The notes under the pieces: model-generated | What the model was told of the DNA's origin: nothing | Database searches by the model: none | What the model saw: the letters and a program-made list of their open reading frames with translations, nothing else | Translations under genes and position numbers: made by a program | NCBI GenBank assembly: GCA_013239625.1 | Contig: MU056802.1 | Span: 1 to 64,000, forward strand | Reading direction: 5' to 3' | From: Lama guanicoe | Taxonomy: Eukaryota | DNA: 64,000 nucleotides | Shown: positions 1 through 21,578 of the stretch, one piece after another | Numbering within the stretch: position 1 is the first letter of the stretch | How the letters are laid out: the number at the start of each line of letters is the position of its first letter

Positions 1-203
1 GGGGGGGGGGCGTCGGGACCGCCAGGCGCTTTGGGGAAGGTTGGATTCCCTTTGGCCATTCTTGGCTTCCTTTGGCGCCTCTTCTGAGGTCTCCCACGTC
101 CTTGTACAGGGAGTAACACGTGTGTGGACGTTGTCCTCGGGGCGCTCTGAACCTCCTGCAGGCCTCGTGGCGGACTTGAGATAAAACAGGTTCTCTTGTT
201 CAG

Positions 204-9102
<8,899 letters not shown>

Positions 9103-9775
9103 GGCGGGACGACTCCCGAGTGGGCGCTGCCCACGGGCCTACACTTCCCGTCATCAGGACCCTGACCCTGACCTTGGCTGTGCCACGTCCACCCAGCTGG
9201 CTGGACGTGCTCCAGGCCGGATTGATGGCAGCGGCCCCGTGGGCGACAGGGCCGGCATGTGTTGGGGCCCCGTAGGTGCTCGGGGCGGCCGCTGGGCCCG
9301 GCTCCTCGCCTGGTTCTCGTCAGGACACCGTCAGGAACAGACAGGAGCAAATGAGCGCTGTGATTCGGGGAGGCCCTGCCCACCCGGGAGCCTTCTTCCT
9401 TCTCCTGAGAAAATCGAATTCTGACTGCATTCCTGAGGCCCGACTGTCCTCCTGCTGGCCGTGCAAGGGCTTCGTGGGTGTCCTGGGGCCTCTGTCACCT
9501 GGGGCTACTCTGGCTCCCTGGAGCCCAGGGTGTGATCAGAGGCCGGAGCTGAGGGGACAGCCGGGTGCAGCTCAGCCTGGGGTCTCAGAGCCTGTGGACA
9601 CGCCCTGACCTGAGGGTCTGGGGGCATCTGTGACCTGGGGATATGGGCTCCTGGCTGGCTGTGGTGTTTACACGTTGGACTCAGGGATCCTCCCACTGCC
9701 CTGCTCGGGCTGGGAGGGGCTGGGCGGGCAAGTCACCTGCTCCCAGGCCAGCCCGACAGATGGACTTTCAGTCGG

Positions 9776-9781
9776 GATAAA
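9776..9781 (+). terminator. Probable variant poly(A) signal (GATAAA) of MAN1B1
   Basis: GATAAA about 670 nt after the stop, followed by a GT/T-rich downstream stretch; I noticed no AATAAA earlier in the UTR. Confidence 0.5.
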
Positions 9782-10556
9782 AGTACATTTGTTCCATCTG
9801 GTGTCTGCTGTCTTTAAACAAGTCTTGGCTCTCTGAAAGTGCACTGTGGAAGTGATGGGCAGTAGTTGGGTCAGGCGCACTTTGGTCCACAGGTCAGCTC
9901 TGCATCTGCCAGCAGTGGCGGGACTTTGGACGTGTCGGCTGTACAGGGCAGGTGATGGCCACTGTGGTGCCCAGAGCAAGGACATGGGCAAGATGCTTCA
10001 GGCCCCTGCTTGCGGCTTCCCTGCCAGGTGTGGGAGTCTCAGAGTTGTCATTCCTAGAGCCTCTGGCCCCTCAGGATCGTGTGCCCGGGGCGGCCCCAGT
10101 GTCACCAGGCCCAGGCCTGCCACTTGGCTTGGGGTGCCCTGGGGCTCCCAGCCTCCCCTCACTCACAGGCCCCACGCGCTATGTGCATGGAAAGTGTGTG
10201 GCTTGTCTCTCCAGTGGTCTCCAGTCCCGGCCCTTGTGGCTGCTGGCTGCTCGCTGCAGAGCCCCCCAAGCTGGGGGGGTGCCCTGTGGTCCCTGTCACC
10301 CCCTACCGCTGCCAGGCCAGGAGCCAGTCAGCACCTGTGTGGGACTCCCGACCGTGAGGGTTCCCAGTCCTACTGCAGGGTGCAGCCTGAGGCTGCTGAG
10401 AAGCCGACTGTCCAGCCCACACCCAGGCTTGGCCCCAGGCAGGCAACCTGGGAGGCAGCCAGGCTCCCCAGAGGGGCCCTGCCTTGTTAGCCGCCTGCCA
10501 CAGTAAAGGCCATGTCCCCATTGCCCAAGACAGCCAGCAGTGGAGCTGAGAACTGC

Positions 10557-10562
10557 TTTATT
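10557..10562 (-). terminator. DPP7 poly(A) signal AATAAA
   Basis: TTTATT on the + strand, about 230 nt past the DPP7 stop. Confidence 0.75.
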
Positions 10563-10791
10563 CAACAGTGAGTTTAGGAGGTCACGTGTTTGTGCTCAGT
10601 GCCCTGCTCTCCTGACCTGGCCATAGCCAGGACAGGACATGCTTGCCAGGCTGCCAGTGTTCAGCCTCTCCCTCGGGCAAGGGCCTGCCCACCCTGGGCT
10701 GAGCTCTGGGTTTAGGAAGGTGGGCCATGGCTTCTCTCCCCAGACTGCTGCTCTGGGCAAGGCTTCTCTGGTCCCACTGCGGGAGCGCCCC

Positions 10792-13700
10792 TCAGCCTCT
10801 AGGCCTTGTATGCTGTGCCAGTCGCCGCTCCTGCCTGGCTGCCTCCACCCACTTGCCAATGATGGTGGCCTCCAGCTGGCGCGCCTCCACCACAGATTCC
10901 GGGTCCTCTGGGTGGGATGTTCTGAGGAGCAGGTGTGGGGGGCACTCAGCTAGGCTGGCAGACCCCGACACTCATACTACCCTCGCCCATGACCAGCCAT
11001 CGGCCCAGGCCAGGAGCTGCGCCCCTCCCAAAGCAGGGCTGTACCTGAGGTCCAGGTGGTGTGCTCCCCCGTGGATGGTGATGGCGAGGACCGACGAGCT
11101 CAGGTTGCTCTGGATCTGTGTCAGTGAAGGAGACTCGTGTCAGGAGTGCGGTGTGCGCTCACCCTCAGCCCTCCCAGCACAACGTGATGGCTACACAGCC
11201 CAGCTTTCAGGGTGCACTGAGGTGGCTGCATAGCCTGGAAAGGTCCCGTTAGAAAGGAAAGGCTAAGGTTAATGAGCCAGATGCAAGGTCACCATCAGAG
11301 GTTAGGAAGAGAACGAAAACAGAGGGAGAGGAGGAAACGATGACGACTGGAACAGTACATGAAGGAGCTACAGAGCCCAGAGCGCTGGGACCCACACAGC
11401 AGGGGGGCCAGGGGCTGCCTGGCGTGACTCACCCCGCCCCCTGCCCAGGGGTCCAGGTCACCATTGGAGAAGATGATGTTGCTGGCAGCTGTAAGATCTG
11501 AAAGAGAGCACGTGGTGGTGGGGACCAGGTACAGCCCCCCAAATCCGTGATCCAGGGGCTGGGTCAGACCCCAGCTGTATCCCAGGAGTGGGAGGGGGCA
11601 GAGCCAGCTCAGTGCAGAGGGAAGGATGCCGCCCCAACCCCTGCCTCGAGCCTCACCGCCCCCCCCGAAGCTGGTCTGCAGCCAGTCCTGCCGGGGCCAC
11701 ACGCCCCACGTGTCCAGGCAGTACTGCTGGCGGAGGGCCTCGGTGAACGGCAGGTCGGGGAAGATGTCTGACACGTTGTTGCTGGAAAACGTCAAGCTGA
11801 TCTCAGTACAAGCCTGTGGGACACCCGCACCATGGTCAAGCCGATGGGGTGGTCCATCTTGTTAAGCACCCCCATACCCGGAAGTCGCAGGCCCCCAGCA
11901 CCCCCATACCTGGTAGTCCCAGGCCTTGGCATTGGGGCCCAAGCCACAGCCTGTGGGGTCCGCACAGGCCTGGTACTGCAGGTAGATGTCATAGCAGGGC
12001 GCCAGGCCTGAGGAATTGTACACCAGCCCTGGGGGAGAGGCGTGCTGGGGCCAGGTGCCTGGACACCCACCCTGCCCCCTTGGAGGGTTCCTGCAGGTGT
12101 CAGGAGCTCTGGGATCCCATGGGCCCAGTGAGGAGTGGGGTGTCTGGGGTCTGGGCTATCAGCTCCTGTCCTGGCTGCTGAGGGCAGCTGGGCAGCCCGC
12201 TCGATATTCCCCCACCCAGCAGGGCGTGCCACCCTTTGCACCTGGGGACTGCAGAGGGCCCTTGGAGCCCCGCTCCCAGGCTGGGCCAGGAAGGGAATGG
12301 CCACTTCCTCCCCAGGGGCCAAGTGGAGGCCTCTGTGTGCCCTGCCCCCATGCAGCCCTCGCTGGGCCTCACTCCTCAGCCCACCACCACCGTCGGGCCC
12401 CTCACACAGGGCAGCAGCCCGGGAAGGTGGGCAGACGCACCAGCCAGCTCACGGAGCCCCTTGATCCTCTGGCTTTTGCTCAGCAGCCGCTCACAGCCGA
12501 CCTGGAGTTGCCAGAAGAGTGCCTCAGCCGGTGACCCCTCCTTGAGACATGCAGCCCCCTCCCCAGCTCACCCTTCCCTGCTCCCAGGTGGCAGAGTAGG
12601 TGCAAGGCCCTCAAGCTGGCCAGCACTGACCACCCCTTCCCTGTCCATGGGACGCTGCCTTCCCCTGATTCCAGCCAGACGGGAGTGGGCGCCTTGCCTT
12701 GACGGGGTTGGCAGGAAGATGCCCCATGAAGTCGGTGGGGTATGGGTAGTCCATCATGGCCAGCAGGGTGAAGGCATTCCGGGCGAACCCAAAGAGCTGC
12801 AGTAGGTCCTTTGAGCCAGAGAGCAGCTGGCAGGTGCCAAACTCCTGGCTGACCGTGTCATAGTCTGGCAGGAGGGGTGGGACAAGGGCCTCTGGAGGCT
12901 GCGGGCTCTGGGTCAGGGGGTGGGGCAGGGAGGCAGGGGCCGGTGGGGGGCTGCCTCCTCACCTCCCTGTAGAAACAAGTCCTTGATCTGCTGGAAGGCA
13001 TCCCGCGCGGCCTGGGCACACTCAGGACTCTGGCCCTCAAAGTCCTAGAGGAGGAGAGGGCGTGGCTGCAGGCCCTGCTGCCTGGGCTGTCCAGGGGCCC
13101 CGAGCCCTCACTTACCGCAGAGACATCCCGGAAGAACTGGTAGGGGTCACCGAGGCCTGCCACTGCGACGACAGGTGCGCTTGCCGCCAGCGCCCCCGCC
13201 ACGAGGTGGGGGTACTTCATCCTCAGGTAGGCGCTGAGCATCCCCCCATAGCTGGGCGACAGTGCAAGGTTAGCTCTCCGGCCCCCAACCCGCACAGCAT
13301 CTGCCCACCTGCCCCAGGAGGGCGACCTTTCAGCCGGCATACGCCCCCTACATCCCCACTCTGCTCTCCCTTCTCAGAGCCACCACTCCCCAACTTCTTG
13401 CCCCTGAAGGCCCTGAAACCTCTAAGGCCCGTAGAAATTCTGGCCGAGAAAAAGCAAGCGTTTGTTCCAGGAGAGAAAGGAAAGGAGGACGCACCTCCCG
13501 CCAAAGGCGATGGCAGGGGCGTCCAGGGCCCCAAGCTTCCGCCGCAGCGCCCGGAGCAGCCCTGCGAAGTCGGCCAGGGCCTGCTCCACCGTCAGCAGCT
13601 CCGTGTACCCGCGCCACGTGGACCGCTCCCCGAACGGAAGCGACTTTCCGTAGTACCGCTGCGGGCAAGCGACCGGCAGACACTGGTCCAGCGCCCCCAC

Positions 13701-14245
13701 TGGCCCCGCGCCGCCCCCGCCCTGGCCCGCCGCGGCGGGTACCCACGTGCTCCGCAAAAACGACAAGGGCTGCCTGCTGCGCCGCCAGCTCCAAGATGAA
13801 CCCTGAGTTGTTGGCAAAGGACCACACGTCCCCCTCGTTGCCCGTGTAGAAGAATATGGGCCCCTCGCCCCTTTTCCAGAACTTCTCTGTCAGGTGGAGG
13901 CAAGGGGCCGGGTGAGGTGTGGGGCGCCCCGGGTCTCACCGGTCACCAGGAACGGTCCCCAGGGTGATCTCACCTGACACTAGGAACCGCTGGAGGAAGG
14001 TCTTGTTCCCAAACCTCTCGAAGTTGAAATGGTCCAGGAGCTGCTCGAAGTAGGCCTCCTGAAAGCCAGGGTCTGCGTCTCTGTGGACTGGAGGGCAGGA
14101 CGCTCAGCGGGCAGGGGACGCGCGGGTGGCAGGGGAGGCCCGCGGGTCGGCACTCACCCCTGGCCTCCAGGCTGCGCAGCTCCAGTGCCAGCAGCAGTGC
14201 CAGGGCCCAGAGCAGGGCCTGCCTGGGCGGGGGGCTCACGTCCAT
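10792..14245 (-). CDS. DPP7: Dipeptidyl peptidase 2 (S28 family), 13 exons, about 497 aa. Exons: 14158-14245, 13974-14087, 13747-13886, 13495-13658, 13116-13251, 12963-13044, 12698-12864, 12441-12501, 11910-12028, 11657-11813, 11433-11497, 11045-11115, 10792-10921
   Basis: Signal peptide ([11 protein letters not shown]), [31 protein letters not shown], catalytic [23 protein letters not shown]; exon lengths sum to 1494 nt (in frame). Confidence 0.96.
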
Positions 14246-15269
14246 TTTGCCCGTTTGCTTCGGGTCATGTGGGCAAGGTCAGGTGACGGCGGGGCACCCT
14301 CACGTGACGGCCTGGGCGGGGCTGTGAGCAGCGCCAGTCCTTCCTTCTCTTCCAGCTGCCCTGCTTCCAGGTCCTTAAGCCCAGGTCCTCAAGCTTCGGG
14401 CAGCCCTGTGTCACCATGGAGACTGTCTCCGTGGGGACACGTGAAGTGGGGTGAGGGCTCCAGCGGCCAAAGGGGAGGGGCGCTCCCAAGGGCAGGGCTG
14501 GGAAGGCTGCCTGCGGGGGTGGCTCTGACTGACCCTTGAGGATGGTCACGGGGTCCCTGAAAGAGGGTCAGCGGCCCTGAGAACGGAGCCCCAGCTGTTC
14601 CAGGGACAGTGAGGGCCGGTGTGGCTGCGGCAGGAGGCGGGTGGTCGGGAGCCCCCCAGGCAGGAGTTAGGGCGGCTCCTGGCGGGTGAGAGGGATCTGG
14701 GGTCCTCTCCCCTCCCCCTCGGGCTAGTCCCGTCCTGGCTCCTCAATGAGATGGGGTCCCAGGAGGTGCCAGTACCGAGAGGACAAAGGGGCAACCCTTG
14801 CCCCTGTGTGTAATCCAGGGCCTGGTGAGGGGCCAGCTGGGCCACAGAGGGCACCATGCCAGTCCTGCTGGGGATGTGGGCAGGGAGCCAGGCCCAAAGC
14901 AGGTGGGGGGAGGTGGCCCTGCCCTAGGCAGCAGAGGGGAGGGGAGCCACCCCTACCCACTCCCAGGACTGTCCTTGGGCAGCAGGACTCATGGCTTCTG
15001 CCCAGGCCTGGCCTGTCTGGTGCTGGGATGGCCCAGGCTGGGCTGGGGTCCTGGGCTCTGACTGCGCTGTGAAATCAGGAAACTGGGCCAGCCTGGGGGG
15101 TGAGTGGGGTGTGGTCCACGTGTGCAGCCCTTTGGCTTTCCCTCCCACTGTCCCAGGACTGTTGCTGTGGCAATCCGCAGGGTGACAGTGACTGTCCATT
15201 GTGTGACACCACCCTATGGCTGTGGTCACCCCGAGGTCACCCAGTGCCACACCACAATCACCCCACAGT

Positions 15270-15725
15270 CTCTGTGTCCCTGGCCCTGTGACCCTATCCC
15301 CATCCTTTGGTCCCTGTGTCCCCATGTCCCCATGTCCCTCTGTCCATGTCCCCATGTCCCTGTGTCCCCATCCCTGTGCCACCATCCCTGTTTCCCCATG
15401 TCTCCCCTGTTCCCATGTCTCTGTGTGCCAAATCCCATGTCCCCGACCCTGTGTCCCCATCCCATATCCCCGTCCTTGTGTCCCATCCCCCCATGGCCCC
15501 GTCCCTGTGGCCCCGTGTCTCCCATGGCCTCGTGTCCCCATCCCTGTGTGCCCACCCCTATGTCCCCGTCTGTATGTCTCCATGTCCCTATGTCCCCATC
15601 CCCATGTCCCCAGCCCTGTGCCCCTGTCCCTGTGTCCCTGTGCCCCCATGTCCCCACCCCTGTGTCCCCAGGTTCCCATGTTCCCGTGTCCCTATGTCCC
15701 TGTTCCTGTGTCCCTGTCCCCACAC
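15270..15725. repeat. Degenerate TGTCCCCA-type minisatellite upstream of DPP7
   Basis: Dozens of TGTCCC(C)A/TGTGTCCC units; they produce the spurious GH/PC-rich ORFs. Confidence 0.85.
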
Positions 15726-16299
15726 CTAGGGATGCCTGTTCTGTGTTGAGGAGAGAGCTGCCCTTGCAAGCCCCCCATGGCCTCTTTAGGTTGGGGGCCA
15801 GGACAAGACACAAGGACTCGCAGCCCCTCTCCTGGCTTCTCCCGCTCCCCTCCCCTCCTCTCAGCTCAGGGGCCTGAGCCGACCTCCCAACGCTGACCCA
15901 CCACACTCCCCTTCCAAACTCTCCAGGCAGCTCCTCCATGCCTGGGGTGGTACCGGGAAGGCCCATGGAGGTGCGTTCTGATTCCCTCCGACACTGTCCT
16001 GCCACACCTGGTGGCCCTGAGCATGCAGGTGTGTCTGAGGGTCCAGAAGCCCTTCCCCCAGCTGCCTGAGGTCGCTGACTTTGGGAATAAGGCTGGGGCC
16101 TGATTCCGCCTCCACAGCCCACAGATCTGGGGAGCCAGACCCTCGTCACAACCTATTCTGCCCCTTTCAGACCTCAAAGCTGGCAGGCTCAGAGGATGGG
16201 GGTGGGAGAGCGGGAGGACCCTACGTAGGTCCCAGGGCTCTCAGCTCTGGCCCATGTGGCACCTCCACTTGCGGCCACGTCACGGGTGTGTGTGAACTG

Positions 16300-19200
16300 A
16301 CACCCTTTTACCATGTTCATGTTCATTGGATTCAAGAACATCCGCACCATCGTTATTATCTAGTTCTAAAACGACTTCATCTTCCATCACAGAAGCTCTT
16401 CACTCATTGAGCTGCAATTCCCAATTCCCCTCCCCCAGCCCCTACTGTCCTCTCTGTCTCTATGAGTTTGCCTACTCTAGGTACCTCATATGAGTGGAAT
16501 CCCACAGAACTTGTCTGTGTCTGGCTGGTTTCACCGAGCCTAAGGTCTTCAGGGTCCGTTCGTGTCGTGGTGCATGTCAGGACGTCCTCCCTTTTTAAAG
16601 GCAGATAACACCCCGTTGCACGGGTGGACCACACCATGCATGTCCATTCCCCCATCAGTGGACACGTGGGGCGTTTCCCCCTTTTGGCTATTGTTAACAG
16701 TGCTGCTGTGAGCCTGGGTGTATGGACACCTCTTCAAGACCCTGCTTTCAATTTTTGGCAAGTATATACACAGAAGTGGGACTGCAGGACCATATGGTAA
16801 TTCTGTTTCCTTTTTGGAGAAACTGCCGAACTGTTTTTCCACAGTGGCTGCACCATTTTGCATTCCAGCCAGCAGTGCACAGAGGTTCCAGCGTCTCCAC
16901 AGCCTCATCGAGCCCTTGTTTCCCATTTAAGAGCAGCCATTGCCATGAGGGTGAGGCGGTCCCTCGTGATTTTGATCTGCATTTTCCTGATGATCAGCGA
17001 TATTGGGCAGCTTTTCATGTGCTTATGGAACATTTATCAGTCTTCTTTGGAAAAATATCTGCTCAGGCCCTAGCCAAGGGCTGTCCCCAGGCAGGTCCCG
17101 GTGCCCTCAGCTCCGACCCGCGTAGCACCTTGCAGTCGCATGTCCACGTTCATGTGTGTGGGTGCTACGTTACACATAATACATAAGGTTCCCTTGTGGC
17201 ACTGTGAAACGTGTTTTCATTCTTTGTTTATGCATTGCTGAGTTTTAGGAGGGTTTTTAGTTGCAGAATTTGGGTTTTTTTGTTTTCGATGTGTTTCAAA
17301 AGGTTTTGTTTGCTTTCGTTACTAAGTTTTAGAACTTTTAAAAAATATATTCTGGTATGTATGACCGAAACATCATGCTGTCCACCAGATATTGTCACAG
17401 CATTGTAAACTGCCTGTACATCAATAAAGAGGAATGCTCTACATATACACATATGTATATATTCTGATGGTTTAAACTCGCACAGGTACGTAGTTTGCAG
17501 GTATTTTCTCCCCTTCCAAGGGTTGCCTTTTCACGCTTGTTAGTGTCCTTGGGTGCACAAAAATTTTCATTCTGATGAAATCAACTTGTCTGTGTCTTCC
17601 ACTGCTTGTGCTTTGGCGTTTTATCTAAGAATCCATTGTCATTTCCAAGCTCATGAAGCTTAACCTGTATGCTATGTTTATAGGGCTTTCATGCTTTTAG
17701 CTCTAACGTTTAGGTCACTGATCCATTTTGAGTTAACTTTTTGTATGTGGTGCGAAGTAGGGGTCTAACTTCATCCTTTGCACGTGGAAATCCAGTTTTC
17801 CCAACATCATTTGTTGAAAACGAATTATTTCCTCCATGGAATAGACTTACTACCCTTGCGAAAACCAACTGGCCGCAGATATACGAGTTTATTTCTAGAC
17901 CCTTACTTGGGTCCTGTTTTGAATACTGTGCCTTTGTAGGATGTTTTAAAATTGGGAAATGTGTGTCTTCCAACCTTGTTCTTATTCAAGATTATTTTAG
18001 CGATTCAGTCCCCGCCCCTTGCAATGATTCCATGTGAAATTGGGGATTGACTTTTCAACTTCTGCAAAAAAAAAACTGCTGGAATTTTGACAGGGATTGC
18101 ACTGAACTTGCAGGTGACTTTGGGCAGTACTGACCTCCTAAAGTCAAGTCTTCCCACTCCTCATTTGTGTCTCCTTTCTTTCAGCAACACCTCCCTGGTT
18201 GAATTTATTTCTGGTCATTTTATTCTTTTAGATGCTATTTTAAATGGAATTGCTTTCTTGACTTCCTTTTGGATTGGTCATTGCAGGTGCATAGGAACAG
18301 GACTGATTCTGCTGGTTGATCCAGTACCTTGCCACTTTCCTGAATTTATTAGCCCTGGTAGCTTTCTTGTAGATTCTTTTGCACACAGCTTCTAGATATT
18401 TTTCCTCTGGGTTACCATGGAGATTACATTTAGCACTGTAAATTTATAATGATCTACTTCAATGGACAACTTCCGTCAGTAACATACATAAACTATGCTT
18501 CTAAACAGCTCCATCCTTTCCTCTTTGTGTTACTGCCATCGCATATTACGTGTTTGTACATTACATGCACAATGACATACATTTGTAATTATTTTTATGC
18601 ATTTGTCTTTGAAGTCCGGTGGTAAATAAAAAGTTGAGTCACAACCAAAAATACAATACTAATGCTTCCACTTACCCATGGATTTGCCTTTAACAGAGAT
18701 CTTAATGTCTCCCCATGTCTTCGAGGTGCTGTCTCAGGTCCTATTATTTCAGTCTGAAGGACTCCGTTCAGCATTTCTGGCTGGGCAGAGCTGGTGGCAA
18801 CAAACTCTCACTTTTTGTTTATCTGGGAATGCCTCAAATTCTGCCATATTTTTGAAGGTCATTTTGGCCAGATATAGAATTCTTTGCTGACAACTTTTCC
18901 CCCTATCAGTTTATGTATGTCGTTCCATTGTCTTCTGGCTTCTATCGTTTTTTGGTGAGAAATTATGTTATCTTACTGAAGACTGCTTGTACATAACAAG
19001 TAATTTCTCTTGTGCTATTTTCAAGATTCTGTCTGTCTTTCAACAATTTGATTATTTAAGCGTCTTGGTGTGGGTCTCTTTGAGTTGATCCTACTTGGAG
19101 ATCATTGAGCTTCTTGGATTTATAGGTTCATACCTTTCATTAAATTGGAGAAGTTTTAAAGAATATTTTTTCAAATGTTCTTTTTGCCCTCTTCTGTCTT

Positions 19201-19700
19201 CTCTGAGACTACTATAATGCACACGTGAGACCTGCTTAGGATAGGATCCCAGAGGTCCCCTGGTCTCTGTGCACTGTTCTCCACTCTTTCTTTCTGCTCT
19301 TCACATTAGTTTCAATAGTCCTGCCTCCACCTTTGCTCATTCTTTCTTCTGGCTGCTCAAATCTGCTACTGAGCCCCCTAATGAAGTTTTCATTTTAGTT
19401 ACTGTACTTTTCAGTATGAGACTTTGTTTCCTTTTAATAATTCCTCCTTATTGATACTCTCATTTTGTTCATATGTTATTTTTTATGACTGCCTTTACTT
19501 CCATGTGCATGTTTTCTTTGCACTCTTGTTAGCATTGTAAAGAAAGTTCTCTTAATGTCTTTTTGTAATAATTCTGATATCTGCAGTTCTTCAGGGATGG
19601 TGGCTATCAACATTTTGTTCCTTTGAGTGGACCGTACTTTCTTGTTTTTTAAATTTTCCCAGTGATTCTGTTGTTGCTGCTGTTGAAATATGGTTTTGAT
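16300..19700 (-). mobile_element. Cluster of old LINE-1 fragments, mainly antisense
   Basis: AT-rich; typical antisense L1 ORF2/3'UTR text (e.g. gaccatatggtaattctgttt...gaaactgccgaactgtttttccacagtggctgcaccattttgcattcc); decayed RT C-terminal-like peptide in ORF 16549..16926; boundaries approximate. Confidence 0.8.
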
Positions 19701-19869
19701 GGTTCTGATTTTTTTAATGTTTATGCGGGAATGAAAGCTTGGAGCTGCCTACTCTGCCTTGTGGATGACAACCTACCCTCTTCTTTGGCTTTGCTGGTCT
19801 TTCCATTATACCTAAGTTCCGTATTGCATTAACTTTTATTCCATCATTAGCTACACCCCTTTCCTGTCT

Positions 19870-20035
19870 GGTTTTGTGGTAAGCTGGATAAGATGCCACT
19901 ACCTATTCCAAAACTAAATATGCAACCTGACATGACAAAAGGAAAGCTGTGGGTGGAATTAACTTAAGGACTGAAGATAGCAAGATTGTCCTGGATGGAA
20001 ATATGACTATCAGAGGACTAGAGTTGGAGATGTGA
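19870..20035 (+). mobile_element. Degenerate MLT1-like (ERVL-MaLR) LTR remnant next to the duplication breakpoint
   Basis: aatatgcaacctgacatgacaaaagga...aattaacttaagga...gattgtcctggat resembles the MLT1 5' consensus as I recall it. Confidence 0.45.
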
Positions 20036-20126
20036 CAGCAAAACAACTTCAGTCTCTCAATCTATACCCAGACATTTCACAATGACGGAGATCTGCTTAC
20101 CAACATGGGAAATATCACAGTTAGAG

Positions 20127-21578
20127 CAAATGTACTTTTATCCCGACTGAAAGTCCATCTGTCGGGCTGGCCTGGGAGCAGGTGACTTGCCCGCCCAGCC
20201 CCTCCCAGCCCGAGCAGGGCAGTGGGAGGATCCCTGAGTCCAACGTGTAAACACCACAGCCAGCCAGGAGCCCATATCCCCAGGTCACAGATGCCCCCAG
20301 ACCCTCAGGTCAGGGCGTGTCCACAGGCTCTGAGACCCCAGGCTGAGCTGCACCCGGCTGTCCCCTCAGCTCCGGCCTCTGATCACACCCTGGGCTCCAG
20401 GGAGCCAGAGTAGCCCCAGGTGACAGAGGCCCCAGGACACCCACGAAGCCCTTGCACGGCCAGCAGGAGGACAGTCGGGCCTCAGGAATGCAGTCAGAAT
20501 TCGATTTTCTCAGGAGAAGGAAGAAGGCTCCCGGGTGGGCAGGGCCTCCCCGAATCACAGCGCTCATTTGCTCCTGTCTGTTCCTGACGGTGTCCTGACG
20601 AGAACCAGGCGAGGAGCCGGGCCCAGCGGCCGCCCCGAGCACCTACGGGGCCCCAACACATGCCGGCCCTGTCGCCCACGGGGCCGCTGCCATCAATCCG
20701 GCCTGGAGCACGTCCAGCCAGCTGGGTGGACGTGGCACAGCCAAGGTCAGGGTCAGGGTCCTGATGACGGGAAGTGTAGGCCCGTGGGCAGCGCCCACTC
20801 GGGAGTCGTCCCGCCCTAGGCGGGGGCCCAGATGGGCAGGGGGTGAGCCTCAGTGTTGAACACGTAGGTGTCCAGGCTGAGCAGGTTTGGGTCGTCAGAG
20901 AAGAGCAGGTACAGGTACTTGAGCGTCTCCCCCAGAAAGAAGCTCTCCATCTTGTCCCTGGGCTGGGGATTGCTGGGGTCCTGCACGTTGCTGATGGAGG
21001 AGTAGCCGCCCGAGGGGACCTGCACGAGAGCCCAGGCCTCAGCGTCAGGACTGCGGGCTCGGCCCTCTCGAGGACGGCCAGCCAGAGGCACCCTCTGAAG
21101 GCCCCTTCCCACCGCAGCACACACAGTCCCCCAGGGCAGGGACTAGAATGGGGAGATCACCGGGGCCCACAGGGGGACCTGCCGCCCTGGCAGTCAGCCA
21201 GCATTCCTCTGGATGCCCCTGGGGGATGCCAGCAGCCCTCAAGTGACCAGATGGAAAGGGCCTTGGAGGTCTTGCAAAGGCCCTGAGGTCACGTGATGGG
21301 AGTAAACTACACGGCCTCACATGCCACAGGGTAAGGGTCAAGTGACCTCTGAGCCGTGGCCCCGCCTGTGAGACGGGTGGCCGAGCCTGAGCACAGTGCG
21401 GGTGGCGCCATGGTCATGGCAGCCGTCCTGGGGAGCAACAGCCCAGAGGTCACCCCAGGTGCAAACGTGCTGTCCAGGCCACTCAGAGGACCCAGGAGGG
21501 ACACGCAACGTGCACCTCAGGCCACTGCAGGGACCCTCGCCACACATGCTGGCCCCCTGCCCCTGGGTCATTTGCACC
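20127..21578 (-). repeat. Inverted duplicate arm A = reverse complement of 8340-9791 (MAN1B1 intron 12, exon 13, 3'UTR)
   Basis: Paired coordinates sum to 29918 (ORF 8794..9102+ mirrors 20816..21124-); sequence is nearly identical. Confidence 0.97.

Noticed and set aside
14924-16149. Long GH/PC-rich ORFs
   Set aside because: They are translations of the TGTCCCCA minisatellite, open in several frames on both strands.
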